64,000 bases of DNA from Planctomycetota bacterium (GCA_030066775.1 JASJAY010000001.1:4612-68611), one strand, 5' to 3'. Shown: positions 11,423 to 21,551, numbered from the stretch's first letter. Notes: a model not told the origin generated them from the sequence alone. A program made the numbers and translations.

Positions 11423-14400
11423 ATGAACCTGGCTCGATCGCCGCGCGACCTCGCCACGCCTCGCAATGGCTTGCAGCGGTGGCACGGAGCCGTGGGCGCC
11501 GTTCTGTTCCTGGCGTACGTGCTGGTCCCTTCCGCAGCGCCGGCGAAACCTGACGAGGTCTTCGACGCGAACGGGTTGGTGGCGCGGTACACGTTCGAGG
11601 AAGGAACGGGATCCACGCTCCAGGATCACAGCGGAAAGGCGCATCACGGGCGCATCCGAGGCGCGACCTGGGTCGACACGCCCATGGGCGGCGCACTGCA
11701 GTTCAACGGTCGGGATGCCGTGACCGACCTGGGCCGGCCCCGCGGTCTCAACCTGGATGGTGACCTGACCATCGAGGTGTGGCTGCGGGCGTCCCTCGCC
11801 ACGATGAAACGCGGCACACAGCCCTTGATCTTCGGCATGAACGCCGGCCCAACGAAGACCCGCAACTACAACCTGCGGATCGATCACAAGCAACGCCTCC
11901 GGTTCGAGTGGGGCGACGGAGAGGCCGGGAGCTTCGTATCGACCTCCGCTGGGTTTCTGAACGGAGCCTGGCGCTACGTCGCCGTGGTCGTCGACTCGGG
12001 TAGCGGCGTGCACATGTTCGTCGACGGCAGCCTCGTGCACACGCAACGGGCCTCGATGCCGATCGTGGCGCGTCCGCCGCAGAACGTGACGATCGGGGGC
12101 TGGGGGCCGGGCTACTTCCAGGGGGAGATCGCCGAGCTCAGGCTCTTCAACCGCGCCCTGTCGACGGGCGAGATCCGGAAGCACGCGGGCCTCGAACCCG
12201 ACTCGGTCAAGGCGGCCCTGCGGCTGCATCCCTCCCACGACGTCCGCGGCAAGCGGGTGCACTGCGACGTGTTCGTAGAGTCAGGCGCTGCGCGGAATCC
12301 GTGGCTCGAGATCCGGCTCACAGACGCGCGCTCCGGTCGAGCGCTGGCGTCGACGAAGCGGAAGCTGGGAGCGCGGGGGAAGTCGGTCTCCCACTCGTGG
12401 CAGCGCGTGTCCATCCCGGCCGACATCCCGGCAGAGGGGATCGTGCGGGCGGAAGCGAGGTTGCTCGACGGACGGAGGAAGGAACTGGCGCGCGCCGGGG
12501 TCATCCGGGAGCTCGCGCCGGGCTGGCTGACGGCCGGGGTCGGCGTGTCGAACGAAGTCCCGCCTCCCTGGACCCCTTGTGTGACTCGCAAACAGAAGGG
12601 GCAGGTCACGGTCGACGTGTGGGGCCGGAAGCACCGCTTCGGTCGCGGCCCCCTGCTGGAATCCCTGACGAGCGGTGGTGCAGAGCTGCTGGCTGGGCCC
12701 ATTCGTCTGCCGGCGGCAGCGGGCGGTCGCGCCTTGCGGTGGAAGTGGAGCCCCCCGAAGCTCGTGGACTCCGAGGCGCGTCGGGTGGTCATCCGGCAGA
12801 GCGCTGTGGCCGGCGGCCTCCGTCTCACCTTGGACACGCAGCTCGAGTACGACGGCCTGTTGTGGACCGAAGCGCGACTCAGTACGCGCCGGGCCATCGA
12901 GATCGATCGGCTGGCCCTTGAGATCCCCCTGCCGGCCGATCAGGCAACGCTGCTCAACGTCTGGCGGGATCGAACCGCGTACGCGGGCCTCCTGAAGACG
13001 GATTTCGCCCACGCGTTCGCGCCGCTCCTGTGGATCGGGAACGAGCAGCGAGGACTGAGCTTCTGCGCCGAGTCGGATCAACACTGGGCGCCGGCCGACC
13101 CGGATCGTGCCCTCGAGGTCCAGCGCGTCGGCGACGAGACCCGACTGCGACTCAACTTCGTCACGCGGCCCAGCAGGCTGGCACCGGGTCGGCCCTGGAC
13201 GTATGCCTTCGGACTGCAGGGAACGCCCGTGCGTCCGATCGTCAAGAGCTACTGGGACCTTCGCGTCCACCGGATGCCCGTGTACAGCCGCGAGCTGGAG
13301 TGGCCCAAGCGGACGATCGGCGACACGCCGGCGCTCCAGCACTACGCCGAGCGTGGCGCCCGCGCCCTGATCGCCTGGGAATGGTGCGACACGTTCTCGT
13401 ACATGCTGCCGGTCGGGCGCGAGGAGTCCTTCCGCGCGCTTGTAGCCGCAATGGATGCACGCAGCCTGAAGGTGCTGCCGTACTCCATCGGGTTTCTCCT
13501 GAGTGATCGCGCACCAGAGTTCGACGGCTGGTCCGATGAGTTCCTACGTAAACCGCGGAGAGAGTTTCCCAGTCTCGGACCCGTCCTTCAGGACATCCCG
13601 CAGTCGATGTACTTCACGTGCCCCAACGGCCTCTGGAAGGACTTCGCCGTTGCGATGGCGGCGCGCTGCATGCAGGAGTATGGAGCCGGCGGCGTCTACC
13701 TGGACACGACCACGAGGCCGTTCGCCTGCCAGAACGGGTGTCACGGCTGTGGGTACACTGCGCCGGACGGCCGGCGCGTATCGACCTACCCGGTGCGAGG
13801 GGCGCGTGAGCTCATGAGGCGACTGCGCACGGCGGTCAAGGCATGCGATGCCGACGGGATTGTCGACGTGCATCCGTTCGACTGCTTGAACGTGCCCGCC
13901 CTGGCATACGCCGACGGCATGTGGATCGGCGAGCATCTGAGGCGCGTACCTCACAAGATCGACGCGCTGCCCCTCGACCGCTTCCGAACCGAGATCCTTG
14001 GACGCAACCTCGGGATCCCCTCCGACCTGCTCTACTACCGGCTGGCCGACTACGAGGCCTGCCTCGCCCTCGCGCTGCTGCACGACGTGCCGGTTCGCAG
14101 CGAGAAGGACGCCGATATCGACATTCTGGCGCAGGTCTACCGCATTCGGGACGCGTTCGGCTGTCGGGAGTCAGAGTTCATCGGGTACTGGGAGGTCGGC
14201 GACCGCATCCGCGTGTCCGGTCGGGACTGCCACGCGAGCCTGTGGAAGCATCCGAAACAGGGCGTGCTGGTCGTGATCTCGAACCTCTCGAGAGAAGAAG
14301 CGAACCTCGAGATCACGTTCGACCTTGCCGCCCTGGGCATCGGCTCAGGCGTCTCGGCCTACGACGAACGTCACGGCAAGCCGCTACCTATCAAGGGCGG

Positions 14401-14461
14401 CACCATCCGGTTGGCCCTACCCTCGCAGCAGTGGACGCTCGTGCGGATTCCACGCCGTTGA
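11423..14461 (+). CDS. Large LamG/concanavalin-A-like-lectin domain protein with a putative glycoside-hydrolase-like C-terminal region (membrane-anchored or secreted)
   Basis: N-terminal hydrophobic anchor. Laminin-G-like block (GAWRYVAVVVDSGSGVHMFVDGSLV...GEIAELRLFNRALSTGEI), then about 700 aa of unknown, possibly TIM-barrel, region. The start (ATG 11423 versus 11357) is uncertain. This is the only gene between the two tRNA-derived direct repeats. Confidence 0.55.
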   Translation: MNLARSPRDLATPRNGLQRWHGAVGAVLFLAYVLVPSAAPAKPDEVFDANGLVARYTFEEGTGSTLQDHSGKAHHGRIRGATWVDTPMGGALQFNGRDAVTDLGRPRGLNLDGDLTIEVWLRASLATMKRGTQPLIFGMNAGPTKTRNYNLRIDHKQRLRFEWGDGEAGSFVSTSAGFLNGAWRYVAVVVDSGSGVHMFVDGSLVHTQRASMPIVARPPQNVTIGGWGPGYFQGEIAELRLFNRALSTGEIRKHAGLEPDSVKAALRLHPSHDVRGKRVHCDVFVESGAARNPWLEIRLTDARSGRALASTKRKLGARGKSVSHSWQRVSIPADIPAEGIVRAEARLLDGRRKELARAGVIRELAPGWLTAGVGVSNEVPPPWTPCVTRKQKGQVTVDVWGRKHRFGRGPLLESLTSGGAELLAGPIRLPAAAGGRALRWKWSPPKLVDSEARRVVIRQSAVAGGLRLTLDTQLEYDGLLWTEARLSTRRAIEIDRLALEIPLPADQATLLNVWRDRTAYAGLLKTDFAHAFAPLLWIGNEQRGLSFCAESDQHWAPADPDRALEVQRVGDETRLRLNFVTRPSRLAPGRPWTYAFGLQGTPVRPIVKSYWDLRVHRMPVYSRELEWPKRTIGDTPALQHYAERGARALIAWEWCDTFSYMLPVGREESFRALVAAMDARSLKVLPYSIGFLLSDRAPEFDGWSDEFLRKPRREFPSLGPVLQDIPQSMYFTCPNGLWKDFAVAMAARCMQEYGAGGVYLDTTTRPFACQNGCHGCGYTAPDGRRVSTYPVRGARELMRRLRTAVKACDADGIVDVHPFDCLNVPALAYADGMWIGEHLRRVPHKIDALPLDRFRTEILGRNLGIPSDLLYYRLADYEACLALALLHDVPVRSEKDADIDILAQVYRIRDAFGCRESEFIGYWEVGDRIRVSGRDCHASLWKHPKQGVLVVISNLSREEANLEITFDLAALGIGSGVSAYDERHGKPLPIKGGTIRLALPSQQWTLVRIPRR

Positions 14462-14609
14462 GCAGACGACTGCACTTCCGGGGGGCCTTGCCGCTGTACG
14501 TGGCCGCACGGCCTCCACGGCGGGATCCCGGAGGCGTGCGCGGAGCTGGAGGCTGCAGACGCCTACATCTCCAGCCTCACCGCCCACGAGACGGGTCGCG
14601 GATATGTAC

Positions 14610-14646
14610 CGACTCGGCTCGCCCCGACCATTTCCCTTCTTCCTCC
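14610..14646 (+). repeat. Direct repeat copy 2 (attR-like): degenerate copy of the tRNA-Pro 3' end plus flank
   Basis: cgactcggctcgccccgaccatttcccttcttcctcc. 33 of 37 bases match 11135..11171, and all mismatches fall in the T-stem part. Confidence 0.6.
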
Positions 14647-14702
14647 GTCACGGAAGGCTCCCTGAGCTTGTCGAAGGGCCCGATGAGCGATCGCCAGGGA
14701 GC

Positions 14703-15221
14703 GTGCCGTTGTCGACGCTGGAGCTAGGAGTCCGCGCCGCGGTCGTCGAGGATGCGGATGGCATCGCCCGCGTCGCCGCATCCGACGGGACCCAAACCAG
14801 GACCGAGATCCTTCCTCTGATCCGGACCGAGCTCGAGGAGATCGCAAGCGGCAAGCTGCATCGCTACACGTGCGTAGCCGAGGTCGATGGGACGATCGTG
14901 GGCTACGGTCGCTGCGCGGGCGACGACACGTTCACCAAGGGGTTCCCCCAGTTGCCCGATGGTTGGTACCTGTCCGGCGTCCTGGTGCTGCCGTCCAGTC
15001 GCCGTCGAGGCGTCGGCAGAGCGCTAACGCAGCACCGCATGGAGTGGCTACGCGAGCGCACCGAGATCGTCTACTTCCTCACGTCGGAGACCAACGTGCC
15101 CTCTGTGGCGCTCCACTCGGAGTTCGGCTTCGTGGAGATCCAGCGCGGCATTCCGCCCAAGACCGGGGACACACGCGGGATTCCGAGATGCCTCTTCCGA
15201 GCTCGGTTCAGCGACTCCTAG
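14703..15221 (+). CDS. GNAT-family N-acetyltransferase
   Basis: Acetyl-CoA-binding motif (VLPSSRRRGVGRALTQHRMEWL) in a GNAT fold of about 170 aa. The start codon (GTG 14703 or ATG 14604) is uncertain; the ATG option would read through the attR-like repeat. Confidence 0.6.
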   Translation: MPLSTLELGVRAAVVEDADGIARVAASDGTQTRTEILPLIRTELEEIASGKLHRYTCVAEVDGTIVGYGRCAGDDTFTKGFPQLPDGWYLSGVLVLPSSRRRGVGRALTQHRMEWLRERTEIVYFLTSETNVPSVALHSEFGFVEIQRGIPPKTGDTRGIPRCLFRARFSDS

Positions 15222-17029
15222 AAGCCGCCGTCTGCGTTGAAGCGGGCCAGGAACATGCCGTCATCTGCCGCGGGGCGGAGCGTGGTCTCGTTCGCCTCGC
15301 CCGCCCCGAAAGTCGAGTCACGACTGTACGCCTGGAAACCCAGCACGATGCACGAGCCGTCTGCGACAGCTGCGATGCCGAGGCCAGGTGAACCCAGCTC
15401 GCCCGCTGCGGTCTTGGCCCAGCTCAGCGTGCCGTCCGCCTTGTAGCGCGCCACGAGCAATCCGGTCGAACCGAACTGCGTAAGCGTGGTCGCGTTGGCC
15501 TCGCCCGCTCCGAAGATCGGGCTGCGAGCAAAGCTGCCTGTGACGACGCATGAGCCGTCCGCATGGGCAGCGATATCGAACCCGTTGCTCCTGCCATCCG
15601 TACCACCGTGGGTCTTCGCCCAGCGCAACGTGCCGTCCGCCCCGTACGAAGCGACGAACATGCTGGTCGAGGGCTGCGGGGAGAGTACGGAACCTCCCTT
15701 GACTGACGTGAGTGTGGTCTCGTTGGCCTCGCCCGCGCCGAAAGTGGCCGTGTCCTCGAACAAGCCGGTCACCACACACGACCCGTCCGCACGGGTTGCG
15801 ATGCCTTGGCCGTGGGCGTTCCCCGGGCTGCTTACGGCCCGTGCCCAGGTCAGCGTCCCGTCCACGCCGTAATGCGCTACGAAGAAGGCAGCGGCGAGCA
15901 CTTGGCCCCCTTGTGTCAGTGTCGTCTCGTTGGTCTCGCCTACGCCGAAGGTCACGCTGCCCGAGAATCCTCCCGTCACAACGCACGAGCCATCCGCGTT
16001 GGCTGCGATGTCCCGCCCGTAGCCTGTGCTGGTCAGCTCCCCAGGGCGCGCGGAGCCGGCGGCCTTGGCCCAAGTCAGCGTGCCGTCAGCGCCGTAGCGC
16101 GCGACGAAGCAGTCGCTGTAGCCCAAGGGGGTGATCGTCGTCTCGTTGATCTCTCCGACCCCGAAGGTCTCCGGCCTCCGCAGGATGCCCGTCACGACGC
16201 ACGAGCCGTCCGCGTACGTGGCGACGCCCTCGATGAAGCCGCCCTCCCGCTTGAGCCAGCGCAGCGTACCGTTCGCGTCGTAGCGCGCCACGAACGTGAG
16301 GCCCGCCAAGATGTACGAGCCGTCCGCGAAGGCGGCGATGCACTTGCCGCCGCCCTCCGCGATCTTGGCCCAGGTCAGCGTTCCGTCCGCGCCGTAGCGC
16401 GCAACGAAGGGACCGGTGTCGAGCGTGGTCTCGTTCGCCTCGCCGATTCCAAGAGTCTGGCCGCCCGAGACCGTGCCCGTGACGAGGCACGAGCCGTCGG
16501 GGAGGGCTGCGACGTCCTCGCCCGCGGTAATGCCGGGATAGCTCGTGCCACCCGCCAGCTTGGCCCAAGCTACGTTGCGAACCTCGACGCGACCTGGCGC
16601 GGTGGCCGTCACCCGGGTGTTCGTGCCATCCCAGGTCGTGCCCACGATGGTGTAGACCCCCTCCTTGGTGGTGGCCTGGGGCGTCAGATTCAGCGACAGC
16701 TGCTGGGTGATTCCGTCCATCTCATCCCGGGGGCCGCTGGTCGCGCAGCCGAGCGGGTCGATGCGCGTCTCATCACAGTCGAGATCCGCCGTGATCCAGG
16801 TGACAGCGGCATCGTCGGGGTCGTCGTCCGCGTACTCGATGGCGATGGTCGTGCTTGCGCCCCGACTCAGGACGACGTCCCTCGACGGCTCCGTGATCGT
16901 GAGGGTGGGGGGGGTGTTGATCAGCACGCCCGTGGGGGCCAGATCGCTACCCCCGCCGGAGGCGCCACAGCCGGCCAGCAAGAGGAGAACGGCAGCGCTC
17001 AACACGCCCACGACGAACCACGTACGCAT
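15218..17029 (-). CDS. Lipoprotein with tandem SBBP-type beta-propeller repeats
   Basis: Start MRTWFVVGVLSAAVLLLLAGCGA (lipobox LAGC) is preceded by GGAGG. At least 8 repeats of roughly 45 aa with consensus FVARYGADGTLTWAK...ADGSCVVTG...FGxGExNETTLT, matching SBBP repeats common in Myxococcota. Confidence 0.7.
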   Translation of the reverse strand: MRTWFVVGVLSAAVLLLLAGCGASGGGSDLAPTGVLINTPPTLTITEPSRDVVLSRGASTTIAIEYADDDPDDAAVTWITADLDCDETRIDPLGCATSGPRDEMDGITQQLSLNLTPQATTKEGVYTIVGTTWDGTNTRVTATAPGRVEVRNVAWAKLAGGTSYPGITAGEDVAALPDGSCLVTGTVSGGQTLGIGEANETTLDTGPFVARYGADGTLTWAKIAEGGGKCIAAFADGSYILAGLTFVARYDANGTLRWLKREGGFIEGVATYADGSCVVTGILRRPETFGVGEINETTITPLGYSDCFVARYGADGTLTWAKAAGSARPGELTSTGYGRDIAANADGSCVVTGGFSGSVTFGVGETNETTLTQGGQVLAAAFFVAHYGVDGTLTWARAVSSPGNAHGQGIATRADGSCVVTGLFEDTATFGAGEANETTLTSVKGGSVLSPQPSTSMFVASYGADGTLRWAKTHGGTDGRSNGFDIAAHADGSCVVTGSFARSPIFGAGEANATTLTQFGSTGLLVARYKADGTLSWAKTAAGELGSPGLGIAAVADGSCIVLGFQAYSRDSTFGAGEANETTLRPAADDGMFLARFNADGGF

Positions 17030-17265
17030 TGGAACCTCCGTGCGAGAGACCGCGATCCCGTTGCCGGGCACCCGGGCTCACGAAGGGAATGCGTAAGGCG
17101 CGCCTGGACCATCGCGAGTTCGAGGGGATTTCCACGCAGGCCCACGGAGCGGGGCCTGAGGGGGCGCAGACGCCAGTCGTCCCGACCGGTGACGGCGTCG
17201 TGGCCCGGCAGGACACTCCCGCAGTCCCTCCCGCTCATGCGGCCGCTGCATCAAGGGCGGGATGG

Positions 17266-20200
17266 CTACCGCCTGCCGTCTTCGTCCTGTCCGGCGCTCT
17301 GCTCGGCATGCCGACGCGCGTGGACCACCTCGCGCGCCTTCTTCACGAGGTCTCGCGCGAGAGCCTCCACGTCGCCGGCCGGCCCTTTGACCTCAAAGGC
17401 TCCGATCTCCTCGCCGTTCAGCCAGACGAACCCCTTCACGGTCGCTGTGCCGTCGGCCGCGGCGTACGTGCCCGTCAGCTCGTAGGCCTCCGGCATCTCT
17501 GCGACGTCCACGAAGACGAGAGGCGCAATGCCCCGGGCCGACGCTTGCTCGCGCAGCACTGCGTTGGTCGCCGTCACCAGCGCATGCACGACGCGCGTTC
17601 GGCGATCGGTGAAGGTCGGGCGGACGAACACGGGCTTCTCGAGCTGCAGCGGGATGTCCTTGCGAAGCTCGGCTGGTACGCGACCGATGTCGAAGGACGA
17701 TCCGCCATACGGTGTCGCGATCCACGGCCGCTGGATCCCTCCGACGTCACGGGCGAGCTGCGGAACCCGGTCCGCGGCGAACCCGAAGAGACCCTGCACG
17801 TCGACGAACTCGTCCTCGCGGAGCGCCCCGCCGCGCATGCCCAGCAAGAGGGAGTAGGTGAGCAGCCCCTGGCCGTAGCGACTGGCCTCGAAGGAGAGGC
17901 TGTCCGCCGCGCAACCGGCCAAGACGAACATGCCCGTGCGGTCCTTCACCCGGTCGAGCGCACGCACCTGGCTGCTTGGCACGCTTCGGGACTCGGTCAG
18001 CTTCTCGATCACGCGCCCTGCGGCGCACGTATCCAGGATCAAGACCTGCCGGTCCCTGGCGGGGATGGCCTTGATGAGCTCGGTCATCTCACCGCTGGAA
18101 AGCGAAGCCTGCCGGCGGACCACGGGATCGGTCAGGTCGGCGCTGGCTGCCTCGGCGAGGAGGTAGTGGAAGTCCTCGTCCACACCGGCGCGACTCACGC
18201 CGTGCCCGGCCAGGTACACGACGAGCACGTCGTCGGGCCTCGCGGCGCGCGCCCACCGGAAGGCGTCGACGAGGGCTTGGCGCGTGGGTCGGGTCGTGCC
18301 TTCAGCACCCGACGTGCTGAGCACCCGAACGTGTGTGCGCTCCTCACCGAACAATGACCGGGCGCTCAGCTTCAGCGCGCGCGCGAAGTCCTCGGCGTCC
18401 TTGGCGGCGTATCGAAGGTCGATCGCGTCTCCGCGGTAGTCCGAGACGCCGCACACGATCGCCCAGAGCTGTGGCGGCGTCGACGACGTAGCACCGGGCG
18501 CCTTCCAGGGCTTCCGCCCGCCCCGGGGGCTGGAGAGGTACCCATCCTTGTTCCAGGCCACGACTTCGATCGTGTTCAGGCCCCCGGGCTTGATCGATGG
18601 GTGCTTGCGCAGGTCCACGGCAACCGATGCTTGCTTCGCGTCGGCGTTGAAGCCGGCGCCGCGTGCGTCCGCCTCGATCTCCTTCCCGTTGATCAGCACG
18701 CGAACGGCACCGATGCCTCCGCCGCGGTTCGTGAGATCCACGACAAGGAGGCCGTCGTCCCCGGGCGGCTCGAACTGGACGCTTGGGTAGAGGTCCACCC
18801 GATCTGCGGCGCTGACCTTGCGGAGGGGCTCGGTGCTATACCCGGCGTGCTTCGCCCAGAGTCCTGGGTCGTACGCGCGCTTCTTGAGCTGGGCGAGGTC
18901 CACGGTCTCGAAGCCGATGACCCAATGGAGCCCTTCGACATCGCCGCCATTGCTGGCGTCGTATCGACCGTCGCGATCGAAAACCGCCCAGGTGCCGTCC
19001 CGGAACACTACGCGGACGCAGAGCTCGCGGCCGGAAGCGACGTCCCAGAGTCGAACGGTATCGTCGCGCGCCGAGGAGATCGCGCGTTTCTCGTCGCGGG
19101 TGAACGCCACGCTGTAGACCTCGTTCACGTGTCCGCGAAAGCGCTGGAGCTCGCGGCCGCTCTCGAAGTCCCAGAGGATCACGTCATCGTTGTAATTCGC
19201 CGTGAGCAGACGCTTCCCGTCCCGGGAGAATACCGCGTCCAGCGTTCCCGCGAGCCCGTCCAGGGTCCGAACTTCGCGGCCGCTTGCGAGCTCCCACACG
19301 CGGCCCGTGTCGTCGTCGGGGCACACGACGTGCCCGCCATCGGGCGTGAAGAATGCCGAGAGCAGCCGCTGATCCTTGCTCGGAATGGTCAGCACCTCGT
19401 CGCCGGTATCGGTCTTCCGTAGGCGCACGACGCCATCCCGACAAGCGGTCATCACGATCGAACCATCCGCTGAGAACCCCATCGCTCGGAGGTGGCGGGC
19501 GTGCCCATCGAACACGCGCACCTGCTTTCCGGTCGCGACCTCCCAGAGGCGGGCCGTGTTGTCACGGGCGTTCACGCTTGCGGTGAGGATGTACTTCTCA
19601 TCCGGCGAGAACCGTCCGTTCGGAACACCGGTCGTCGGGCCGCTGCGGCGCGGAGCGGCGAAGCTCTTGATCTCGCGCCCCGTCCTCGCGTCGAGGATGC
19701 GCGGGATGTCCCCGCCACCGGTCAGCAGGCGGGAGCCGTCCGCAGAGAACGTCCCCCATGAGACGTAGTCGTCTCCCTCGAAGGTCCAGAGGGGCAAACC
19801 GCTGGACACCTCCCACAACTGCGCCGTACCGCTGCACGTCACGACGGAAGCGCCGTCCGGCGAGACGGTGATGGAGTTGGCCCCTCGCAACTTGCCGCCG
19901 AAGGTGCGAACGAGACTCCCTGTCGCGCGCTCCCAGAGATGCGCAACGGGGAACGAGCCGGTCGCGAAGTGCTTACCGTCGGGCGAGAAGGCCGCCGATA
20001 GCGTGGGGATGGTCGGCGCCTTCACGAGGACGCGTCCCGTGGCGACGTCGAAGATCCGTGCGACGCTCCAGGACGTCGTCAACGCCTGGCTGCCGTCCTT
20101 CGAGAAGGCCACGGCTTTGATCCCGGCGCGCATCTCCATCTCCCGGCCCACGGGCGTGCCCGCGAGCTGTCGGATCTCGCGTCCGGTCGCCACGTCCCAC

Positions 20201-20901
20201 AGGCGCGCCGTCTTGTCCCGAGAGCCAGTCAAGAGCTGCGTACCGTCAGGCGAAACCGCCACGGATTGGATCCAGGCTTCGTGGCCTTCGAACGTGCGGA
20301 CGATGCGGCCGGTGGCGGATTCGATCAGCCATGCGACCTTGTATGAGCCGCCGATGAAGTGCGCCCCGTCGGGCGTCATCGCCACGCAAACGGCCTGGCT
20401 TGGCGTATCGAAGCGCCGCACTTCGCGCCCCGTTTCGATCTCCCAGAATCGGGCGGTCTTGTCCTTGGAGACGGTCAGCGCATGCACGCCGTCCGGTGTG
20501 AAGGCTCCGGCTCGCACACGCTCCTCGTGTCCCTCGAAGCGAAGAAGCTCGCGGCCGGAGGCTGTGTCCCAGATGCGGGCCGTTCCGTCGTACGAGCACG
20601 TCAAGACTCGCGACGCGTCGGGCGAGAACACCGCCTCGCCGACGCGGCTCTCGTGGCCCAGGAACCAGCGGATCTCGCGCCCTGTCGCGACCTCCCAGAG
20701 GCGCGCGGAACTATCGGTTCCGCCGGCCGTGAGCAGATAGCGTCCATCGGGTGAGAACATCACGGAGTCGTTCTCGCCGCTATGCCCCAACTGCACGGTC
20801 AGAACGGCTCTCGCGCCCTCGTCCGGGCCTTGCTCCTCATCCCCCGCCCACACGGGCGCGGTCGCCAGGAGGATCAGCATCCACCTCGATACCCTCGACA
20901 T
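17266..20901 (-). CDS. Secreted WD40-repeat / caspase-like (peptidase C14) fusion protein
   Basis: Signal peptide, then about 14 WD40 blades (recurring ...TARLWDVATGREIR...GH...V..V.FSPDG). C-terminal caspase-fold domain with a His (VVYLAGHGV) and Cys (VLILDTCAAG) catalytic dyad. 1211 aa. Confidence 0.8.
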   Translation of the reverse strand: MSRVSRWMLILLATAPVWAGDEEQGPDEGARAVLTVQLGHSGENDSVMFSPDGRYLLTAGGTDSSARLWEVATGREIRWFLGHESRVGEAVFSPDASRVLTCSYDGTARIWDTASGRELLRFEGHEERVRAGAFTPDGVHALTVSKDKTARFWEIETGREVRRFDTPSQAVCVAMTPDGAHFIGGSYKVAWLIESATGRIVRTFEGHEAWIQSVAVSPDGTQLLTGSRDKTARLWDVATGREIRQLAGTPVGREMEMRAGIKAVAFSKDGSQALTTSWSVARIFDVATGRVLVKAPTIPTLSAAFSPDGKHFATGSFPVAHLWERATGSLVRTFGGKLRGANSITVSPDGASVVTCSGTAQLWEVSSGLPLWTFEGDDYVSWGTFSADGSRLLTGGGDIPRILDARTGREIKSFAAPRRSGPTTGVPNGRFSPDEKYILTASVNARDNTARLWEVATGKQVRVFDGHARHLRAMGFSADGSIVMTACRDGVVRLRKTDTGDEVLTIPSKDQRLLSAFFTPDGGHVVCPDDDTGRVWELASGREVRTLDGLAGTLDAVFSRDGKRLLTANYNDDVILWDFESGRELQRFRGHVNEVYSVAFTRDEKRAISSARDDTVRLWDVASGRELCVRVVFRDGTWAVFDRDGRYDASNGGDVEGLHWVIGFETVDLAQLKKRAYDPGLWAKHAGYSTEPLRKVSAADRVDLYPSVQFEPPGDDGLLVVDLTNRGGGIGAVRVLINGKEIEADARGAGFNADAKQASVAVDLRKHPSIKPGGLNTIEVVAWNKDGYLSSPRGGRKPWKAPGATSSTPPQLWAIVCGVSDYRGDAIDLRYAAKDAEDFARALKLSARSLFGEERTHVRVLSTSGAEGTTRPTRQALVDAFRWARAARPDDVLVVYLAGHGVSRAGVDEDFHYLLAEAASADLTDPVVRRQASLSSGEMTELIKAIPARDRQVLILDTCAAGRVIEKLTESRSVPSSQVRALDRVKDRTGMFVLAGCAADSLSFEASRYGQGLLTYSLLLGMRGGALREDEFVDVQGLFGFAADRVPQLARDVGGIQRPWIATPYGGSSFDIGRVPAELRKDIPLQLEKPVFVRPTFTDRRTRVVHALVTATNAVLREQASARGIAPLVFVDVAEMPEAYELTGTYAAADGTATVKGFVWLNGEEIGAFEVKGPAGDVEALARDLVKKAREVVHARRHAEQSAGQDEDGRR

Positions 20902-21032
20902 CAGGGGGCGATGCTACTCGCCTGAAGGAGCGTCCGTCCAGCCTGCCGATCCCTCTGGTCGGCGGGCTGGCACAGTTGACGTGAGCGCCGAGGCGGGGTT
21001 TCCTCATCCGTTCGTGAGCAAGGGGAGGTCAC

Positions 21033-21551
21033 GTGATCCGCCGTCTGACACCCGGAGACGCACACGCCTTCTTTCGCCTGCGACTCCTCGGCCTCGAGAT
21101 GCACCCGGAAGCGTTCGCGACCGGGGCGGACGCTTGGCGAGAGGCGACACCTGCGCAGGTCGAGGCCACGCTGACCTCGGAGGGCTCGTCTCGAGACAGG
21201 TTCGTGCTCGGGGCGTTCGTCGCCGATGAGCTGGCGGGTCTGCTCGGATTCAGGCGCGAGAGACGGCCGTCCGTTCGGCACAAGGGCAGTCTCTGGGGCT
21301 TCTTCGTTCACCCGGATCACCGCCGAAAGGGCCTCGGTACGGGTCTTCTCCGTGCGGCGCTCGACGAGGTGGCTGCGCAGGGCGGCGTGTCCTTCGTCCG
21401 ACTCGTCGTGACCGCGGGCGACGACGACGCGGCTCGCGTGTTCAGGGCTCAGGGCTTCGAGCCCTATGGCCGGGAGATCGGGGGCCTGCGTTCCGGCAAC
21501 GTGTTCTTCGATCAGGAGTTCATGCGCCGGGACCTGGAAGACGGAGGCTGA
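21033..21551 (+). CDS. GNAT-family N-acetyltransferase
   Basis: 172 aa. Motif A (HPDHRRKGLGTGLLRAAL). GTG start preceded by AGGGGAGG. Confidence 0.75.
   Translation: MIRRLTPGDAHAFFRLRLLGLEMHPEAFATGADAWREATPAQVEATLTSEGSSRDRFVLGAFVADELAGLLGFRRERRPSVRHKGSLWGFFVHPDHRRKGLGTGLLRAALDEVAAQGGVSFVRLVVTAGDDDAARVFRAQGFEPYGREIGGLRSGNVFFDQEFMRRDLEDGG

Noticed and set aside
14604-14702. ATG at 14604 as the start of the GNAT gene
   Set aside because: It would translate straight through the attR-like tRNA-derived repeat (MYRLGSPRPFPFFL...) before reaching the GNAT fold, which begins near 14720. The GTG at 14703 is preferred but unproven.
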